A stretch of 63,923 nt of DNA, counting the filler. It is 4 parts of 4 records of this genome, joined end to end, with 100 filler letters (N's around TTAATTAATTAA, not from the genome) between each part and the next. Parts side by side here need not be neighbours in the genome. Positions count along the whole stretch, not along the records: positions 1 to 18,884 come from SRR20825006_1338; 3 more parts are not named here. One strand, written 5' to 3'. The translations under genes were made by a program, and so were the position numbers. This document shows, piece after piece, positions 1-10,285 of the stretch. Positions within the stretch are counted from its first letter, which is position 1. Each line of letters starts with the position of its first letter. The notes below the pieces were generated by a model that saw only the letters and a list, made by a program, of their open reading frames with translations, had not been told where the DNA came from and did no database searches.

Positions 1-154
1 TCACTGTCCGGAATTAGTTGACCACTACAAATCTTTCGTGTGCTTGGGAGTAATGAGACCAATAAGACGCTCATCAATGTAATAGTTCCATGAGTGTTGC
101 ATCAAAGTGCCGCGGGTAACGTGAAGACAGCGGGCAGCCAGGAAGGAGAAAGCC

Positions 155-964
155 GTGCAGTTTGTATTGAGGTGGTTGGGAGGGGCTGTGATTGTGCTCT
201 TTCTGGTGGGGTGCGGAGAGTCTGGCAGTACGTTAACCGTTACCGGTTCCAGCACGATTGCGCCGCTGATGGCGGAGTTGGCGGAACGCTATGAAACTGA
301 AACCGGCGTGCAGGTGGATGTGCAGAGTGGCGGGTCCGGGCGGGGTATTGGCGATGTTCGCCAGGGGCTGGCGGATCTGGGCATGGTGAGCCGCGCGCTG
401 AAAGTAGATGAACAGGATCTGGATGGGCACCTGATCGGGCGCGATGGTATTGCGATTATCGTTCATCGCGACAATCCGGTACTGGCTCTCAATGATGAGC
501 AGATTCGCGCCATCTACACCGGCAAGGTGCAGCGCTGGGACGCTGGATCAACCGAAGGCAGGCCCATTACCGTTGTTCACAAGGCGCAGGGGCGATCCAC
601 CCAGGAGCTTTTCCTCGCCCACTTTCAACTGGAAAACGGCCAGGTCCGGCCGGACCGGGTGATTGGCGAAAATCAGCAGGGCATCAAGGCGGTGGCGGGG
701 GATCCTTTTGCCATTGGCTATGTGTCCATCGGCACCGCGATTTATGAAGCCGACAATGGCACGGCTATCCGGTTGCTGCCGCTGGAAGGAAAGCCTGCGT
801 CCCTGGACGCACTGGCGCAGGGAGGTTACCCCCTGGTCCGCGAGTTGAATCTTGTGACCCATGGCGAGATATCGCAACCGGTGGCCGACTTTCTGGCCTT
901 TGTAACCCGTACAGACATGGCGGATGTCTACCATGATTACTACTTCCTCCCTGCCGCTGAGTGA
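155..964 (+). CDS. pstS: Phosphate ABC transporter substrate-binding lipoprotein (PstS family)
   Basis: Lipobox-like FLVGC, TVTGSSTIAP and SGGSGRG motifs; first gene of the ABC operon. Confidence 0.85.
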   Translation: MQFVLRWLGGAVIVLFLVGCGESGSTLTVTGSSTIAPLMAELAERYETETGVQVDVQSGGSGRGIGDVRQGLADLGMVSRALKVDEQDLDGHLIGRDGIAIIVHRDNPVLALNDEQIRAIYTGKVQRWDAGSTEGRPITVVHKAQGRSTQELFLAHFQLENGQVRPDRVIGENQQGIKAVAGDPFAIGYVSIGTAIYEADNGTAIRLLPLEGKPASLDALAQGGYPLVRELNLVTHGEISQPVADFLAFVTRTDMADVYHDYYFLPAAE

Positions 965-1787
965 TCGCCTGCTGGGGCTGGCGCTGCGCCTGTGCGGGTT
1001 GCTGGCGGCACTGGTGCTCGGCGGTATTGTGGTGGTGCTACTGGTGCGGGCATTGCCGTTTCTGATCAATGAAGGCGCGGGGATATGGCAAAGCACCTGG
1101 CAGCCTGGGCAGGGCGAATACGGAATGGCGCCGATGATTGCCGGGTCGCTTTTCGTCAGTGTGCTGGCATTGGTGCTGGCAGCTCCGGTGGCGGTCTTGC
1201 TGGCCGCCTGGCTGCGCTATTTTGCGCCTCGGCTGCGCCGCCCGGTGCTGGCCGGTGTGGAGCTGATGGCAGGTATCCCCTCTGTGGTGTATGGGCTGTG
1301 GGGCATGTTGGTGCTGGTGCCCTGGATCAATCAGTGGGTACCGCCTGGGGCTTCCTGGTTGGCCGGTTCGCTGGTGCTGGCGCTGATGATTGTGCCGTTG
1401 GCGTTGTTGGTGACGGACGCAGCGCTTGGGCAGTTACCGTTGCGCTATCAGCGCGCCGGTGAGGCGTTGGCGTTGTCCCGGGTGGGGATGCTGCGGCGGG
1501 TGCTGTTGCCCCGCGCGGCGCCCGGGATTGTGGGCGGTGTGGTGTTGCAGTTCGGGCGGGCGCTGGGGGAAACCATGGCGGTGCTGATGGTGTGTGGCAA
1601 TGTGGTGCAATGGCCGGATTCGGTATTTGCCCCGGTGCGCACATTGACCGCCAATATCGCGCTGGAGATGGCTTACGCCACTGGTGACCACCGCGTGGCG
1701 CTGTTTGCCAGTGGCTTGCTGCTGATTGCCGTGACCGGGCTGTTATTGATGGCCAGTTGGCGATTGCGAGGAGTCTCCCATGGCTGA
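924..1787 (+). CDS. pstC: Phosphate ABC transporter permease PstC
   Basis: Hydrophobic; ELMAGIPSVVYGLWG and GRALGETMAV motifs; exact start uncertain. Confidence 0.88.
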   Translation: MSTMITTSSLPLSDRLLGLALRLCGLLAALVLGGIVVVLLVRALPFLINEGAGIWQSTWQPGQGEYGMAPMIAGSLFVSVLALVLAAPVAVLLAAWLRYFAPRLRRPVLAGVELMAGIPSVVYGLWGMLVLVPWINQWVPPGASWLAGSLVLALMIVPLALLVTDAALGQLPLRYQRAGEALALSRVGMLRRVLLPRAAPGIVGGVVLQFGRALGETMAVLMVCGNVVQWPDSVFAPVRTLTANIALEMAYATGDHRVALFASGLLLIAVTGLLLMASWRLRGVSHG

Positions 1788-2607
1788 TCGTATGGCCTGG
1801 CTGACCGGTTGGGTGTTACTTGCACTGGTGATGGTGCCGGTGGCGTTGATGGTGATGGCGCTCTGGCAGCAAAGTGCCGATGTGCTGAGTATGGGGTTTC
1901 TGTTGGAGGACCCGGGCCGGGCCGGTCGCAGTGGCGGTATTGCTGCGCTGTTGATCAGCACCGGGTGGATTCTGGCCTTGTGTCTGCTGGTAGCCGTGCC
2001 GGTGGGCCTTGGCTGCGCGCTGTATTTGAGCGAATCGCTGCCGGCGGATAGCCGCCGCGCGCAATGGCTGGGTGGGGTGCTGGACATGTTGGCGGCGGTG
2101 CCTTCGGTCGTCTACGGATTGTTCGGCTACCAGTTTTTTGCCATTACGCTGGGGTTGGGTTTTTCCATTCTCAGTGGTGCCCTGGCCCTGTCGCTAATGG
2201 TCTTGCCGCTGATGATTCGCAGTGCCGAACAGGCCATGCGTGCGGTGCCAATGGGGTATCGCCAGGCCCGGGATGCGCTGGCGCTGAGCCGTTGGGGCTG
2301 GGTGCGCCGGATTTTGCTGCCCTGCGCGGCGCCGGGTATTGCGGTGGGCATTATTCTCAGTGCCGGGCGGGCGCTGGCGGAAACGGCGGTGCTGTTGTTT
2401 ACCGCCGGCTACGTGCTGCGCCGTCCTGACTCCCTGTTTGATTCCGGGCGAACCCTGAGTGTGCATATTTACGATCTGGCCATGAATGTGCCCGGTGGCA
2501 TGCCACGGGCAGCGGCCACAGCAGTGGTGTTGGTGGCCCTGTTGGTAGTGCTGAATCTGTTGGTGCGGCGAGTGCTGCGCCAGCCCATGACAGAGGCTTT
2601 GGTATGA
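1780..2607 (+). CDS. pstA: Phosphate ABC transporter permease PstA
   Basis: LAAVPSVVYGLFG and GRALAETA motifs; overlaps pstC stop. Confidence 0.88.
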   Translation: MADRMAWLTGWVLLALVMVPVALMVMALWQQSADVLSMGFLLEDPGRAGRSGGIAALLISTGWILALCLLVAVPVGLGCALYLSESLPADSRRAQWLGGVLDMLAAVPSVVYGLFGYQFFAITLGLGFSILSGALALSLMVLPLMIRSAEQAMRAVPMGYRQARDALALSRWGWVRRILLPCAAPGIAVGIILSAGRALAETAVLLFTAGYVLRRPDSLFDSGRTLSVHIYDLAMNVPGGMPRAAATAVVLVALLVVLNLLVRRVLRQPMTEALV

Positions 2608-2617
2608 GTGAGCGGCT

Positions 2618-3400
2618 ATGAGTGAGCAACGAACGCACCGGGCGCCGTCGCTGGTGCTGGAATCCGTGTCTGTCACTTATGGCGAGCAAGTGGCGATCAG
2701 TGATGCGTCCTTGCAGGTGCAGCCGGGTGAGTTGATGGCCCTGGTGGGCCCCAGTGGCTGCGGCAAGAGCAGTCTTCTTGGGTCCATTAATCGCATGAGC
2801 GATGGGGTCAGCGGCTGTCGGGTGGGCGGCCGAATATGGCTTGATGGGGAGGATGTTCGGCAACGCCACGACCTGACTGTGTTGCGTCGGCAGGTGGGCA
2901 TGGTGTTTCAGCAGCCCAATCCCTTTCCGCTATCTATTATCGACAACTTGCTGTTTCCGTTGGCGGAGCACCGGGTTCCCCGGGGCCAGCGACGTGCCCG
3001 TGCCGAACAGGCGCTGCGCGATGTTGGGCTGTGGGAAGAGGTGAAGGAGCGACTTTCCCAGCCAGCGTTGGGGTTGTCCGGTGGGCAGCAGCAGCGATTA
3101 TGTATTGCCCGGGCCCTGGTGCTGGAGCCGCAAGTGTTGTTGCTGGATGAGCCTTGTTCCGCGCTGGATCCGGTTTCCTCCCGGGTGGTTGAGGCGTTGA
3201 TTCGTTCGCTGAAAGGGCGCTATACGATCCTGATGGTGACCCACAATCTGGCCCAGGCCCGGCGTCTGGCGGATAGCGTGACGGTCTGTTGGCTGGAGGG
3301 GCAGTGTGGTTGTGTGGTGGAGTCCAACGGCTGCGAACAGGTCTTCGAGAATCCTGCGCACCCGATTACCGCGGCTTATTGTGCGGGGGAGGCAGGCTAA
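2618..3400 (+). CDS. pstB: Phosphate ABC transporter ATP-binding protein PstB
   Basis: Walker [43 protein letters not shown]. Confidence 0.9.
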   Translation: MSEQRTHRAPSLVLESVSVTYGEQVAISDASLQVQPGELMALVGPSGCGKSSLLGSINRMSDGVSGCRVGGRIWLDGEDVRQRHDLTVLRRQVGMVFQQPNPFPLSIIDNLLFPLAEHRVPRGQRRARAEQALRDVGLWEEVKERLSQPALGLSGGQQQRLCIARALVLEPQVLLLDEPCSALDPVSSRVVEALIRSLKGRYTILMVTHNLAQARRLADSVTVCWLEGQCGCVVESNGCEQVFENPAHPITAAYCAGEAG

Positions 3401-3480
3401 TCTCTGAACCTCGCTTGCATGAAAGGCTTTCGCCGCATATTGCCTCTGCGCAGTATTAGCCTGCGCAGAGGTGCGTGCCT

Positions 3481-3888
3481 TTATGCTTTGCTTTTGCGGC
3501 CATCAATGCTGAGCAGGGTGTCCTGATCGCGCAGCACATACAGAGCAACGCAGGCGGCCAGCATGGGCCAAGCGGCGAAGAACAGCAGGTGATTGAACGG
3601 GTCCAGGTATTGCTGCCAGGAAGAGAAGGTGGAGCCGGCATGCATGAGCAGGATGATGCCGTAGCTGTAGCGACGCAGGGCGCCGGCAGCAAAGGCTAAT
3701 ACGACGATAAGTTGCAGGCAGGCCAGTATGGTGAGGACGGAGCCTTCGAGCCCTTCCATTCCATAAAATTTGGCGAAAATCTTGCTGGTGTGGCCGGGAT
3801 TGATGAATTTGTCCAGGGTCCACATCAGCATGACGATAAAGACACCGAGCCGTAACAATAACAATGAGAGAGCGAGTTTGCGTTCCAT
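3481..3888 (-). CDS. DoxX-like membrane protein
   Basis: 135 aa, about 4 TM segments, LLLRLG...DKF pattern typical of DoxX family. Confidence 0.65.
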   Translation of the reverse strand: MERKLALSLLLLRLGVFIVMLMWTLDKFINPGHTSKIFAKFYGMEGLEGSVLTILACLQLIVVLAFAAGALRRYSYGIILLMHAGSTFSSWQQYLDPFNHLLFFAAWPMLAACVALYVLRDQDTLLSIDGRKSKA

Positions 3889-3962
3889 AATCAGCCTGAG
3901 GGTTGGGGTTGAGACGCCGCAATGGCGATTGCAATCACTGTTACAGGGACCTCGACAGCGTG

Positions 3963-4196
3963 TCAGCGTTCCTGTGGGGCGTTGAGCTTGTCCAGAATTT
4001 CCCGGGTACGAGCATCATCGAGGCTATCCGGGTTGCGGGGTAGCGTGTTCAGCAGCGCACGTAACTGGCGCACATAACGACGACAGTGGTGGCACATCAG
4101 CAGGTGCAGGCGCAGGGCAAAGCGCTCCCGCCTGGTCAGCGGGGCGCCGTCCACGAGGGCGTCAGCTTTTACGACGACGTGTTTGCACTTCAACAT
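3963..4196 (-). CDS. Zinc-finger (zf-HC2) anti-sigma factor
   Basis: N-terminal Cys plus HLLMCHHC (HxxxCxxC); overlaps the sigma gene stop. Confidence 0.85.
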   Translation of the reverse strand: MLKCKHVVVKADALVDGAPLTRRERFALRLHLLMCHHCRRYVRQLRALLNTLPRNPDSLDDARTREILDKLNAPQER

Positions 4197-4798
4197 TCGC
4201 CTGTCTCCTGAAAATGGTCCACCAATTCAAACAGTCGTGCGCGGGCACGGTGTAACAGCACTCGAACATTGGATGCGCTCACGTCCAGCATGTTACAGAT
4301 ATCGTCGAAATCCATGCCTTGCAGGTCTCGCAGTTCCAGCACCAGGCGCTGATTGTCCGGCATTTTTCCCAGGGTCTTTTCCATGCAGTGGCGTAGCTCG
4401 TCGCGGGTGAGCAGGGCATCCGGGCCGCTCAGGTCCCAGTGCTGTGGCGGGTGGTCCCAGTGCCCGCCGTCACGAAAGCGGTGGGCCAGGGCATCTTGCT
4501 CATCGGTGGGGTCAAACTGAATTTCCCGGCCGCCTTTGCGCAGCATCATCCGTGCCTGGTTGATGACGATGCGGGTAAGCCAGGTGCGCAGCAGGCTGCG
4601 ACCTTCGAACTTGCCGATAGCGCGGTGGGCGGCGATCCAGCCATCCTGCACGGCTTCTTCAGCATCAGCTGCTGACAGCATGGTGCGGGCCGTGGCCAGC
4701 AACATGTTGTGGTGGCCTTTAACCAGTTGGCCAAAGGCTGCCCGGTCTCCCTGGCGCAGGCGTTCAATGAATTCCGGGCTTTCCAGGGTCGGGTCCAA
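4190..4798 (-). CDS. ECF RNA polymerase sigma-70 factor
   Basis: AEEAVQD...FEGRSLLRTWLTRI (region 2) and SNVRVLLHRAR (region 4). Confidence 0.9.
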   Translation of the reverse strand: MDPTLESPEFIERLRQGDRAAFGQLVKGHHNMLLATARTMLSAADAEEAVQDGWIAAHRAIGKFEGRSLLRTWLTRIVINQARMMLRKGGREIQFDPTDEQDALAHRFRDGGHWDHPPQHWDLSGPDALLTRDELRHCMEKTLGKMPDNQRLVLELRDLQGMDFDDICNMLDVSASNVRVLLHRARARLFELVDHFQETGEC

Positions 4799-4802
4799 GG
4801 TG

Positions 4803-5162
4803 TCAGGTCTCCGGGGTCAGCAGGCTGGCGGGGTCATCTTCGCCGTCGTCGCCCTGATGAAGCATGACAATGCGGCGAAGATGCTGCATGTCATCCACAG
4901 ATGGGCGATCAAACATGATGCCGATCTCCAAGCCTTCCTGGCGTTGCACTTTTGCCGGAAGGGTCAGCGTGATATCGGAATCTTCCAGGGTAATGATCAG
5001 GATAACCCGGGACGCAGCGGGCAGCGTGAGCGGGGTGCTGCTGTTGAGTCGTGCGCCCATGACGGAAATATCGTCCAGTGACACGGGGTGGTTATCCTGC
5101 TGGAAAACCAGGGTGGCTTCCCCGTCGAAGTCCACCCGATTGGCCCGCCGTCTTTCGTTCAT
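4803..5162 (-). CDS. PilZ domain c-di-GMP-binding protein
   Basis: ERRRANRV (RxxxR) and DISVMG (DxSxxG). Confidence 0.85.
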   Translation of the reverse strand: MNERRRANRVDFDGEATLVFQQDNHPVSLDDISVMGARLNSSTPLTLPAASRVILIITLEDSDITLTLPAKVQRQEGLEIGIMFDRPSVDDMQHLRRIVMLHQGDDGEDDPASLLTPET

Positions 5163-5227
5163 GCTGTCGTCCCTGTTGCGTCCCCGTACCGGCTCGCCTT
5201 TCCTGTGCCGGCGTTATCCTGTGCGAA

Positions 5228-6895
5228 TCAGACTTCGATTCGCTTGTACTTCATGCGCTTGGGCTGCAGGGCTGCATCGCCCAGCTGCTTGCGTTTGTAT
5301 TCTTCATACTCGGTGTAGGAGCCTTCGAACCATTCTACCCGGGCATCCCCTTCGAAGGAGAGGATGTGCGTGGCGACGCGGTCCAGGAACCAGCGATCGT
5401 GCGAAATCACGATGGCGCAGCCGGGGAACGCCAGCAGGGCCTCTTCCAGTGCGCGCAGGGTTTCCACGTCCAGGTCGTTGGTGGGCTCATCGAGCAGCAG
5501 TACGTTGGCGCCCTGCTTGAGCAGCTTGGCCAGGTGCAAACGGTTACGTTCACCGCCGGACAGGTCGCCGACACGTTTCTGTTGATCGCCGCCTTTGAAA
5601 TTGAACCGGCCCAGATAAGCGCGGCTGGGCACTTCATAGTTGCCGATACGCAGGATGTCGTTGCCGTCGGAGACCTCTTCCCAGACCGTCTTGTTGCTGT
5701 CCAGGTCTTCACGGCTCTGGTCCACGTAGGCCATCTGCACAGTGTCACCAGTGACGATCTCGCCGCTGTCCGGGGTTTCCTGGCCGGCCAGCATGCGGAA
5801 CAGGGTGGTTTTACCGGCACCGTTGGGGCCGATGATGCCGACGATAGCACCACGGGGGATCTGGAAATCCAGATCTTCGTAGAGCAGCTTGTGGTCGAAT
5901 TGCTTGGCCACATTCTTGATTTCAAAAACCTGCTCGCCAAGACGCTCACCCGGCGGGATGTACAATTCCTGGGTTTCGTTGCGTTTCTGGAATTCCTGGC
6001 TGGCCAGCTCTTCGAACGCAGACACACGGGCCTTGTTCTTGGCGCGGCGGCCTTTCGGGTTCTGGCGTACCCATTCCAGTTCCTTCTCCACCGTTTTGCG
6101 GTGGGCCGACTCGCTCTTCGCTTCCTGTTCCAGACGCTGTTCTTTCTGCTCCAGCCAGGAGGAATAGTTGCCCTGCCAGGGAATGCCTTCGCCGCGATCC
6201 AGTTCCAGAATCCACTCACAGGAATTATCCAGGAAGTAGCGATCGTGGGTTACCGCCACCACGGTGCCGGGGAATTCGTGCAGGAAACGCTCCAGCCAGG
6301 CCACGGACTCTGCGTCCAGGTGGTTAGTCGGCTCATCCAGCAGCAGCATGTCCGGCGCGCTCATTACCAGCCGGCACAGAGCGACCCGGCGACGTTCACC
6401 GCCGGACAGGGTTTTTACGCTGGCATCCCAGGGTGGCAGGCGCAGGGCGTCGGCGGCGATTTCCAGTTTGCGCTCAAGGTTGTGGGCGTCGCTGGCTTCG
6501 ATAATGTCTTCCAGCTTGGCCTGTTCGGCGGCCAGCTTGTCGAAATCCGCGTCTTCTGCCGCATAGGCTTCGTAGACTTCTTCCAGGCGCTGCTGGGCGT
6601 TACGGATATCAGCCACCGCTTCTTCGACGATCTCGCGGACATTCTTTTCCGGGTCCAGCTCCGGTTCCTGGGGCAGGTAACCGATATTGGTGCCCGGCTG
6701 CGGCCGTGCCTCACCCAGATAATCCTTGTCCACGCCGGCCATGATGCGCAGCAGTGTGGATTTACCGGAGCCGTTCAGGCCCAGTACGCCGATCTTGGCG
6801 CCAGGAAAGAACGACAGGGAGATGTTCTTCAGAATGTGTTTCTTGGGCGGGACAACCTTGCCCACCTTGTCCATGGTGAAGATGTACTGGCTCAT
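5228..6895 (-). CDS. ettA: Energy-dependent translational throttle protein EttA (ABC-F)
   Basis: 555 aa, two ABC domains; characteristic N-terminus MSQYIFTMDKVGKVVPPKKHILKNISLSFFPGAKIG. Confidence 0.96.
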   Translation of the reverse strand: MSQYIFTMDKVGKVVPPKKHILKNISLSFFPGAKIGVLGLNGSGKSTLLRIMAGVDKDYLGEARPQPGTNIGYLPQEPELDPEKNVREIVEEAVADIRNAQQRLEEVYEAYAAEDADFDKLAAEQAKLEDIIEASDAHNLERKLEIAADALRLPPWDASVKTLSGGERRRVALCRLVMSAPDMLLLDEPTNHLDAESVAWLERFLHEFPGTVVAVTHDRYFLDNSCEWILELDRGEGIPWQGNYSSWLEQKEQRLEQEAKSESAHRKTVEKELEWVRQNPKGRRAKNKARVSAFEELASQEFQKRNETQELYIPPGERLGEQVFEIKNVAKQFDHKLLYEDLDFQIPRGAIVGIIGPNGAGKTTLFRMLAGQETPDSGEIVTGDTVQMAYVDQSREDLDSNKTVWEEVSDGNDILRIGNYEVPSRAYLGRFNFKGGDQQKRVGDLSGGERNRLHLAKLLKQGANVLLLDEPTNDLDVETLRALEEALLAFPGCAIVISHDRWFLDRVATHILSFEGDARVEWFEGSYTEYEEYKRKQLGDAALQPKRMKYKRIEV

Positions 6896-7182
6896 AAACT
6901 CCGACCGCAGTTTGTATTAATGTGCGGGGCGCGCGGTGCAGGTTGGCTGCAGGCCCCGGCAGAGGGTACTTTGATTGGCGCCTAAGCTAACGGAAAGCGG
7001 CCGTGAGTGAAAGTGCGGGCCCCCTGATAGGGCGACGTAAGGCCGGATTGGCGCCAGAAAACCGGTGCCTGACGCCATGAGACGACTGGCCGGTTTCCAT
7101 GAGCGGACTTCAAGTGCCATTGGCCCCGGATTTGGTTAGAATACGCGCCCCTGAATCCACCAATGACTCCGTAGGGTAGCCC

Positions 7183-8439
7183 ATGTTCCCGAAATCCATG
7201 TCCATCGCCGAGTTTGATCCTGAAATCCAGGCCGCTATCAAGGCTGAGGAAGTCCGCCAGGAAGAGCACATCGAGCTGATTGCCTCTGAAAACTATGCCT
7301 CGCCAAGGGTCATGGAAGCCCAGGGCTCCGTACTGACCAACAAGTATGCCGAAGGCTACCCGGGCAAGCGTTACTACGGCGGTTGCGAGAACGTGGACGT
7401 GGTCGAGCAGCTGGCCATTGATCGCGCCTGCGAACTGTTTGGTGCCGATTGGGCCAACGTGCAGCCGCACTCCGGTTCTCAGGCCAATGGCGCGGTTTAC
7501 ATGGCCATGCTGAAGGCTGGCGACACCGTGCTGGGCATGAGCCTGGACGCGGGTGGTCACCTGACCCACGGCGCCAAGCCGAACTTCTCCGGCAAGACTT
7601 ACAACGCTATCCAGTACGGCCTGGACAACGAGACTGGCCTGATCGATTACGAGCAGGTGGCCTCCCTGGCCCGTGAGCACAAGCCGAAGATGATCGTGGC
7701 GGGTTTCTCTGCCTACTCCCAGGTTGTCGACTGGCAGCGTTTCCGTGACATCGCCGACGAAGTGGGCGCGATCCTGCTGGTGGACATGGCTCACGTGGCC
7801 GGTCTGGTTGCTGCGGGTGTTTACCCGAGCCCGGTGGGTATTGCCGACATCACCACCACCACCACCCACAAGACTCTGGGTGGTCCCCGTGGTGGCCTGA
7901 TCATGGGCAAGGCCAACGAAGACATTCAGAAGAAGATTAACTCTGCCGTATTCCCCGGTGGCCAGGGTGGCCCGCTGGAGCACGTGATTGCCGCCAAGGC
8001 AATCTGCTTTAAGGAAGCCATGCAGGGTGATTTCAAAGGCTACCAGCAGCAGGTAGTGAAGAACGCTCAGGCCATGGCCGGAGTGTTCATCGAGCGTGGT
8101 TTTGACGTGGTGTCCAATGGCACTGAAAACCACCTGTTCCTGCTCAGCCTGATCAAGCAGGACATCACTGGCAAAGATGCCGACGCCGCCTTGGGCCGCG
8201 CCAACATCACCGTCAACAAGAACGCTGTGCCCAACGACCCGCGTTCCCCGTTCGTGACGTCCGGCCTGCGTATCGGCTCCCCGTCCATCACCCGTCGCGG
8301 CTTTGATGAAGCCGATGCCAAGGCGCTGGCCGGCTGGATCTGTGACATCCTCGATAACATGGGTGACGAATCAGTGATCGAGACCGTGAAGGGTAAGGTC
8401 AAAGAAATCTGTGCGCGTTTGCCGGTTTATGAGCGTTGA
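7183..8439 (+). CDS. glyA: Serine hydroxymethyltransferase
   Basis: [34 protein letters not shown]. Confidence 0.98.
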   Translation: MFPKSMSIAEFDPEIQAAIKAEEVRQEEHIELIASENYASPRVMEAQGSVLTNKYAEGYPGKRYYGGCENVDVVEQLAIDRACELFGADWANVQPHSGSQANGAVYMAMLKAGDTVLGMSLDAGGHLTHGAKPNFSGKTYNAIQYGLDNETGLIDYEQVASLAREHKPKMIVAGFSAYSQVVDWQRFRDIADEVGAILLVDMAHVAGLVAAGVYPSPVGIADITTTTTHKTLGGPRGGLIMGKANEDIQKKINSAVFPGGQGGPLEHVIAAKAICFKEAMQGDFKGYQQQVVKNAQAMAGVFIERGFDVVSNGTENHLFLLSLIKQDITGKDADAALGRANITVNKNAVPNDPRSPFVTSGLRIGSPSITRRGFDEADAKALAGWICDILDNMGDESVIETVKGKVKEICARLPVYER

Positions 8440-8588
8440 GTTGAAAGTGGCAAGTTGAAAGTTGCAACGCGGGTTATGCCGCAGTGAATTTCAGCCGGAG
8501 AAGCCGCGTACCCGTGAGGGGCGCGGCTTCGTCGTTTCCGTGGTCATGGCGCGCAATCCTTTTCAACCTTACACTTTCAACTTGAAAT
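8440..8588. repeat. Degenerate heptamer (GTTGAAA-like) tandem repeats in inverted arrangement flanking the hairpin
   Basis: GTTGAAA GTGGCAA GTTGAAA GTTGCAA at 8440-8467; TTTCAAC CTTACAC TTTCAAC TTGAAAT at 8561-8588. Confidence 0.7.
8500..8538 (+). terminator. Hairpin / probable intrinsic terminator after glyA
   Basis: GAAGCCGCG...GTGA loop...CGCGGCTTC followed by GTCGTTT. Confidence 0.55.
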
Positions 8589-8606
8589 TGATCTTCGGAG
8601 TTCTCC

Positions 8607-9101
8607 ATGTACTGCCCGTTTTGTTCTGCTCAGGACACCAAGGTGATCGACTCCCGTCTGGTTGCGGATGGGGTGCAGATTCGGCGGCGTCGTGAGTGTT
8701 TGAGTTGTACCGAGCGCTTTACTACCTTCGAAACGGCAGAATTGGTGATGCCGCGATTGGTAAAGACCGATGGCACCCGCCAACCCTTCGATGAAGCCAA
8801 GTTGCGGGCGGGTATGCTGCGGGCGCTGGAAAAGCGGCCGGTGAGCATGGAAGACCTGGAGGCCGCAATCAGCCGGATTTGTCACCGTCTGCGTGCCACC
8901 GGCGAGCGTGAGCTTCCGGCTCGGGAGTTAGGCGAATTCGTGATGGAAGAGCTGCAACAGCTGGACGATGTGGCCTATGTGCGCTTTGCATCGGTGTACC
9001 GCAGCTTCCAGGATATTTCCGAGTTTTCCGCTGAAGTGGATCGCTTGAAAAAAGCTGGCGGCAAGCCCGGTGAGAAGCTGGAAGACCTGAAGGAATCATG
9101 A
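8607..9101 (+). CDS. nrdR: Transcriptional repressor NrdR
   Basis: MYCPFC...VIDSR...[12 protein letters not shown]-cone, [13 protein letters not shown]. Confidence 0.97.
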   Translation: MYCPFCSAQDTKVIDSRLVADGVQIRRRRECLSCTERFTTFETAELVMPRLVKTDGTRQPFDEAKLRAGMLRALEKRPVSMEDLEAAISRICHRLRATGERELPARELGEFVMEELQQLDDVAYVRFASVYRSFQDISEFSAEVDRLKKAGGKPGEKLEDLKES

Positions 9102-10246
9102 GCTTTTCTGCTACCGACTATCAGTTTATGAGCCGGGCGCTGCAACTGGCGCGCCATGGCCTGTACACCACGGACCCGAATCCGCGGGTGGGCTGTGTGC
9201 TGGTGCGCGATGGCGCGGTGGTGGGCGAGGGCTTCCATGCCCGGGCCGGCGAGCCTCATGCCGAGCGCCATGCGCTGGCGGCGGCGGGTGACCGGGCGCA
9301 AGGGGCCACCGCTTATGTCACCCTGGAGCCTTGCTCTCACACCGGTCGTACCGGCCCCTGCGCGGATGCGCTGGTCGATGCCGGCGTGGTGCGCGTGGTA
9401 GCGGCGATGCAGGACCCTAACCCGCAGGTGGCAGGGCAGGGGCTGCAACGGCTGGCAGATGCGGGCATTGCGGTGGCGTCGGGCTTGCTGGAAACACAAG
9501 CACGGGCGTTGAATCCGGGGTTTATTGCCCGGATGACCCGCCAGCGGCCCTATATTCGCATCAAGGTTGCCGCCAGTGTGGATGGCCGCACCGCCATGGC
9601 CAGTGGCGAGTCCCAGTGGATTACCGGCCCGGCGGCGCGGGAAGATGTGCAGCGTCTGCGGGCACGCAGTTCGGCGGTGATCACCGGCGTTGGGACCGTG
9701 CTGGCGGACCGGCCTTCCTATACGGTGCGCCCGGCGCAATGGACACTGGCGGACTATCATTGCCGCCCAGATGAACACAGTCAGGCGGGCCGCGACTGGG
9801 TGCGCCAGCCTGTGCGGGTAATTCTGGACAGAACTCTGCGCACGCCCCCGGATGTGCCGGTGGTGAGTGCGCCGGGGCATTGCCTGCTGGTGGCTGGGGA
9901 ACAGCACCCGGGGCGCCAGAATGCGCTGGAATCCGCCGGAGCTGAGGTCATGCACTTGCCGGCCTCTGGCTCCGGGATCGACCTGCAGCAGTTGTTGATC
10001 GAATTGAACCGGCGCGAATGTAATGAAGTGCTGGTAGAATGTGGCGCCACGCTGGCCGGTGCTTTTGTCCGTGAGGGACTGTTCGACGAAATTATCGTCT
10101 ATATGGCACCGACCCTGCTGGGCTCATCGGCCCGCCCGTTACTGGGGTTGCCGCAGCTGGCCAGCATGAGCGAGAAAGTGGCGCTGCGTTGGCAGGATGT
10201 GCGCCAGATCGGCGATGACCTGCGTTTGACGCTGGTTCCTGCCTGA
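9098..10246 (+). CDS. ribD: Bifunctional riboflavin biosynthesis deaminase/reductase RibD
   Basis: [24 protein letters not shown]; reductase domain SVDGRTA. Confidence 0.96.
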   Translation: MSFSATDYQFMSRALQLARHGLYTTDPNPRVGCVLVRDGAVVGEGFHARAGEPHAERHALAAAGDRAQGATAYVTLEPCSHTGRTGPCADALVDAGVVRVVAAMQDPNPQVAGQGLQRLADAGIAVASGLLETQARALNPGFIARMTRQRPYIRIKVAASVDGRTAMASGESQWITGPAAREDVQRLRARSSAVITGVGTVLADRPSYTVRPAQWTLADYHCRPDEHSQAGRDWVRQPVRVILDRTLRTPPDVPVVSAPGHCLLVAGEQHPGRQNALESAGAEVMHLPASGSGIDLQQLLIELNRRECNEVLVECGATLAGAFVREGLFDEIIVYMAPTLLGSSARPLLGLPQLASMSEKVALRWQDVRQIGDDLRLTLVPA

Positions 10247-10285
10247 TTAACGCCGCTGCTGACGTCCGAATTCAAGAGGTTTTCC

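Noticed and set aside
5078-8133. Long opposite-strand ORFs (635 aa at 5078-6985 +, 383 aa at 6982-8133 -)
   Set aside because: Antisense shadows of ettA and glyA caused by strong codon bias; no recognisable motifs.
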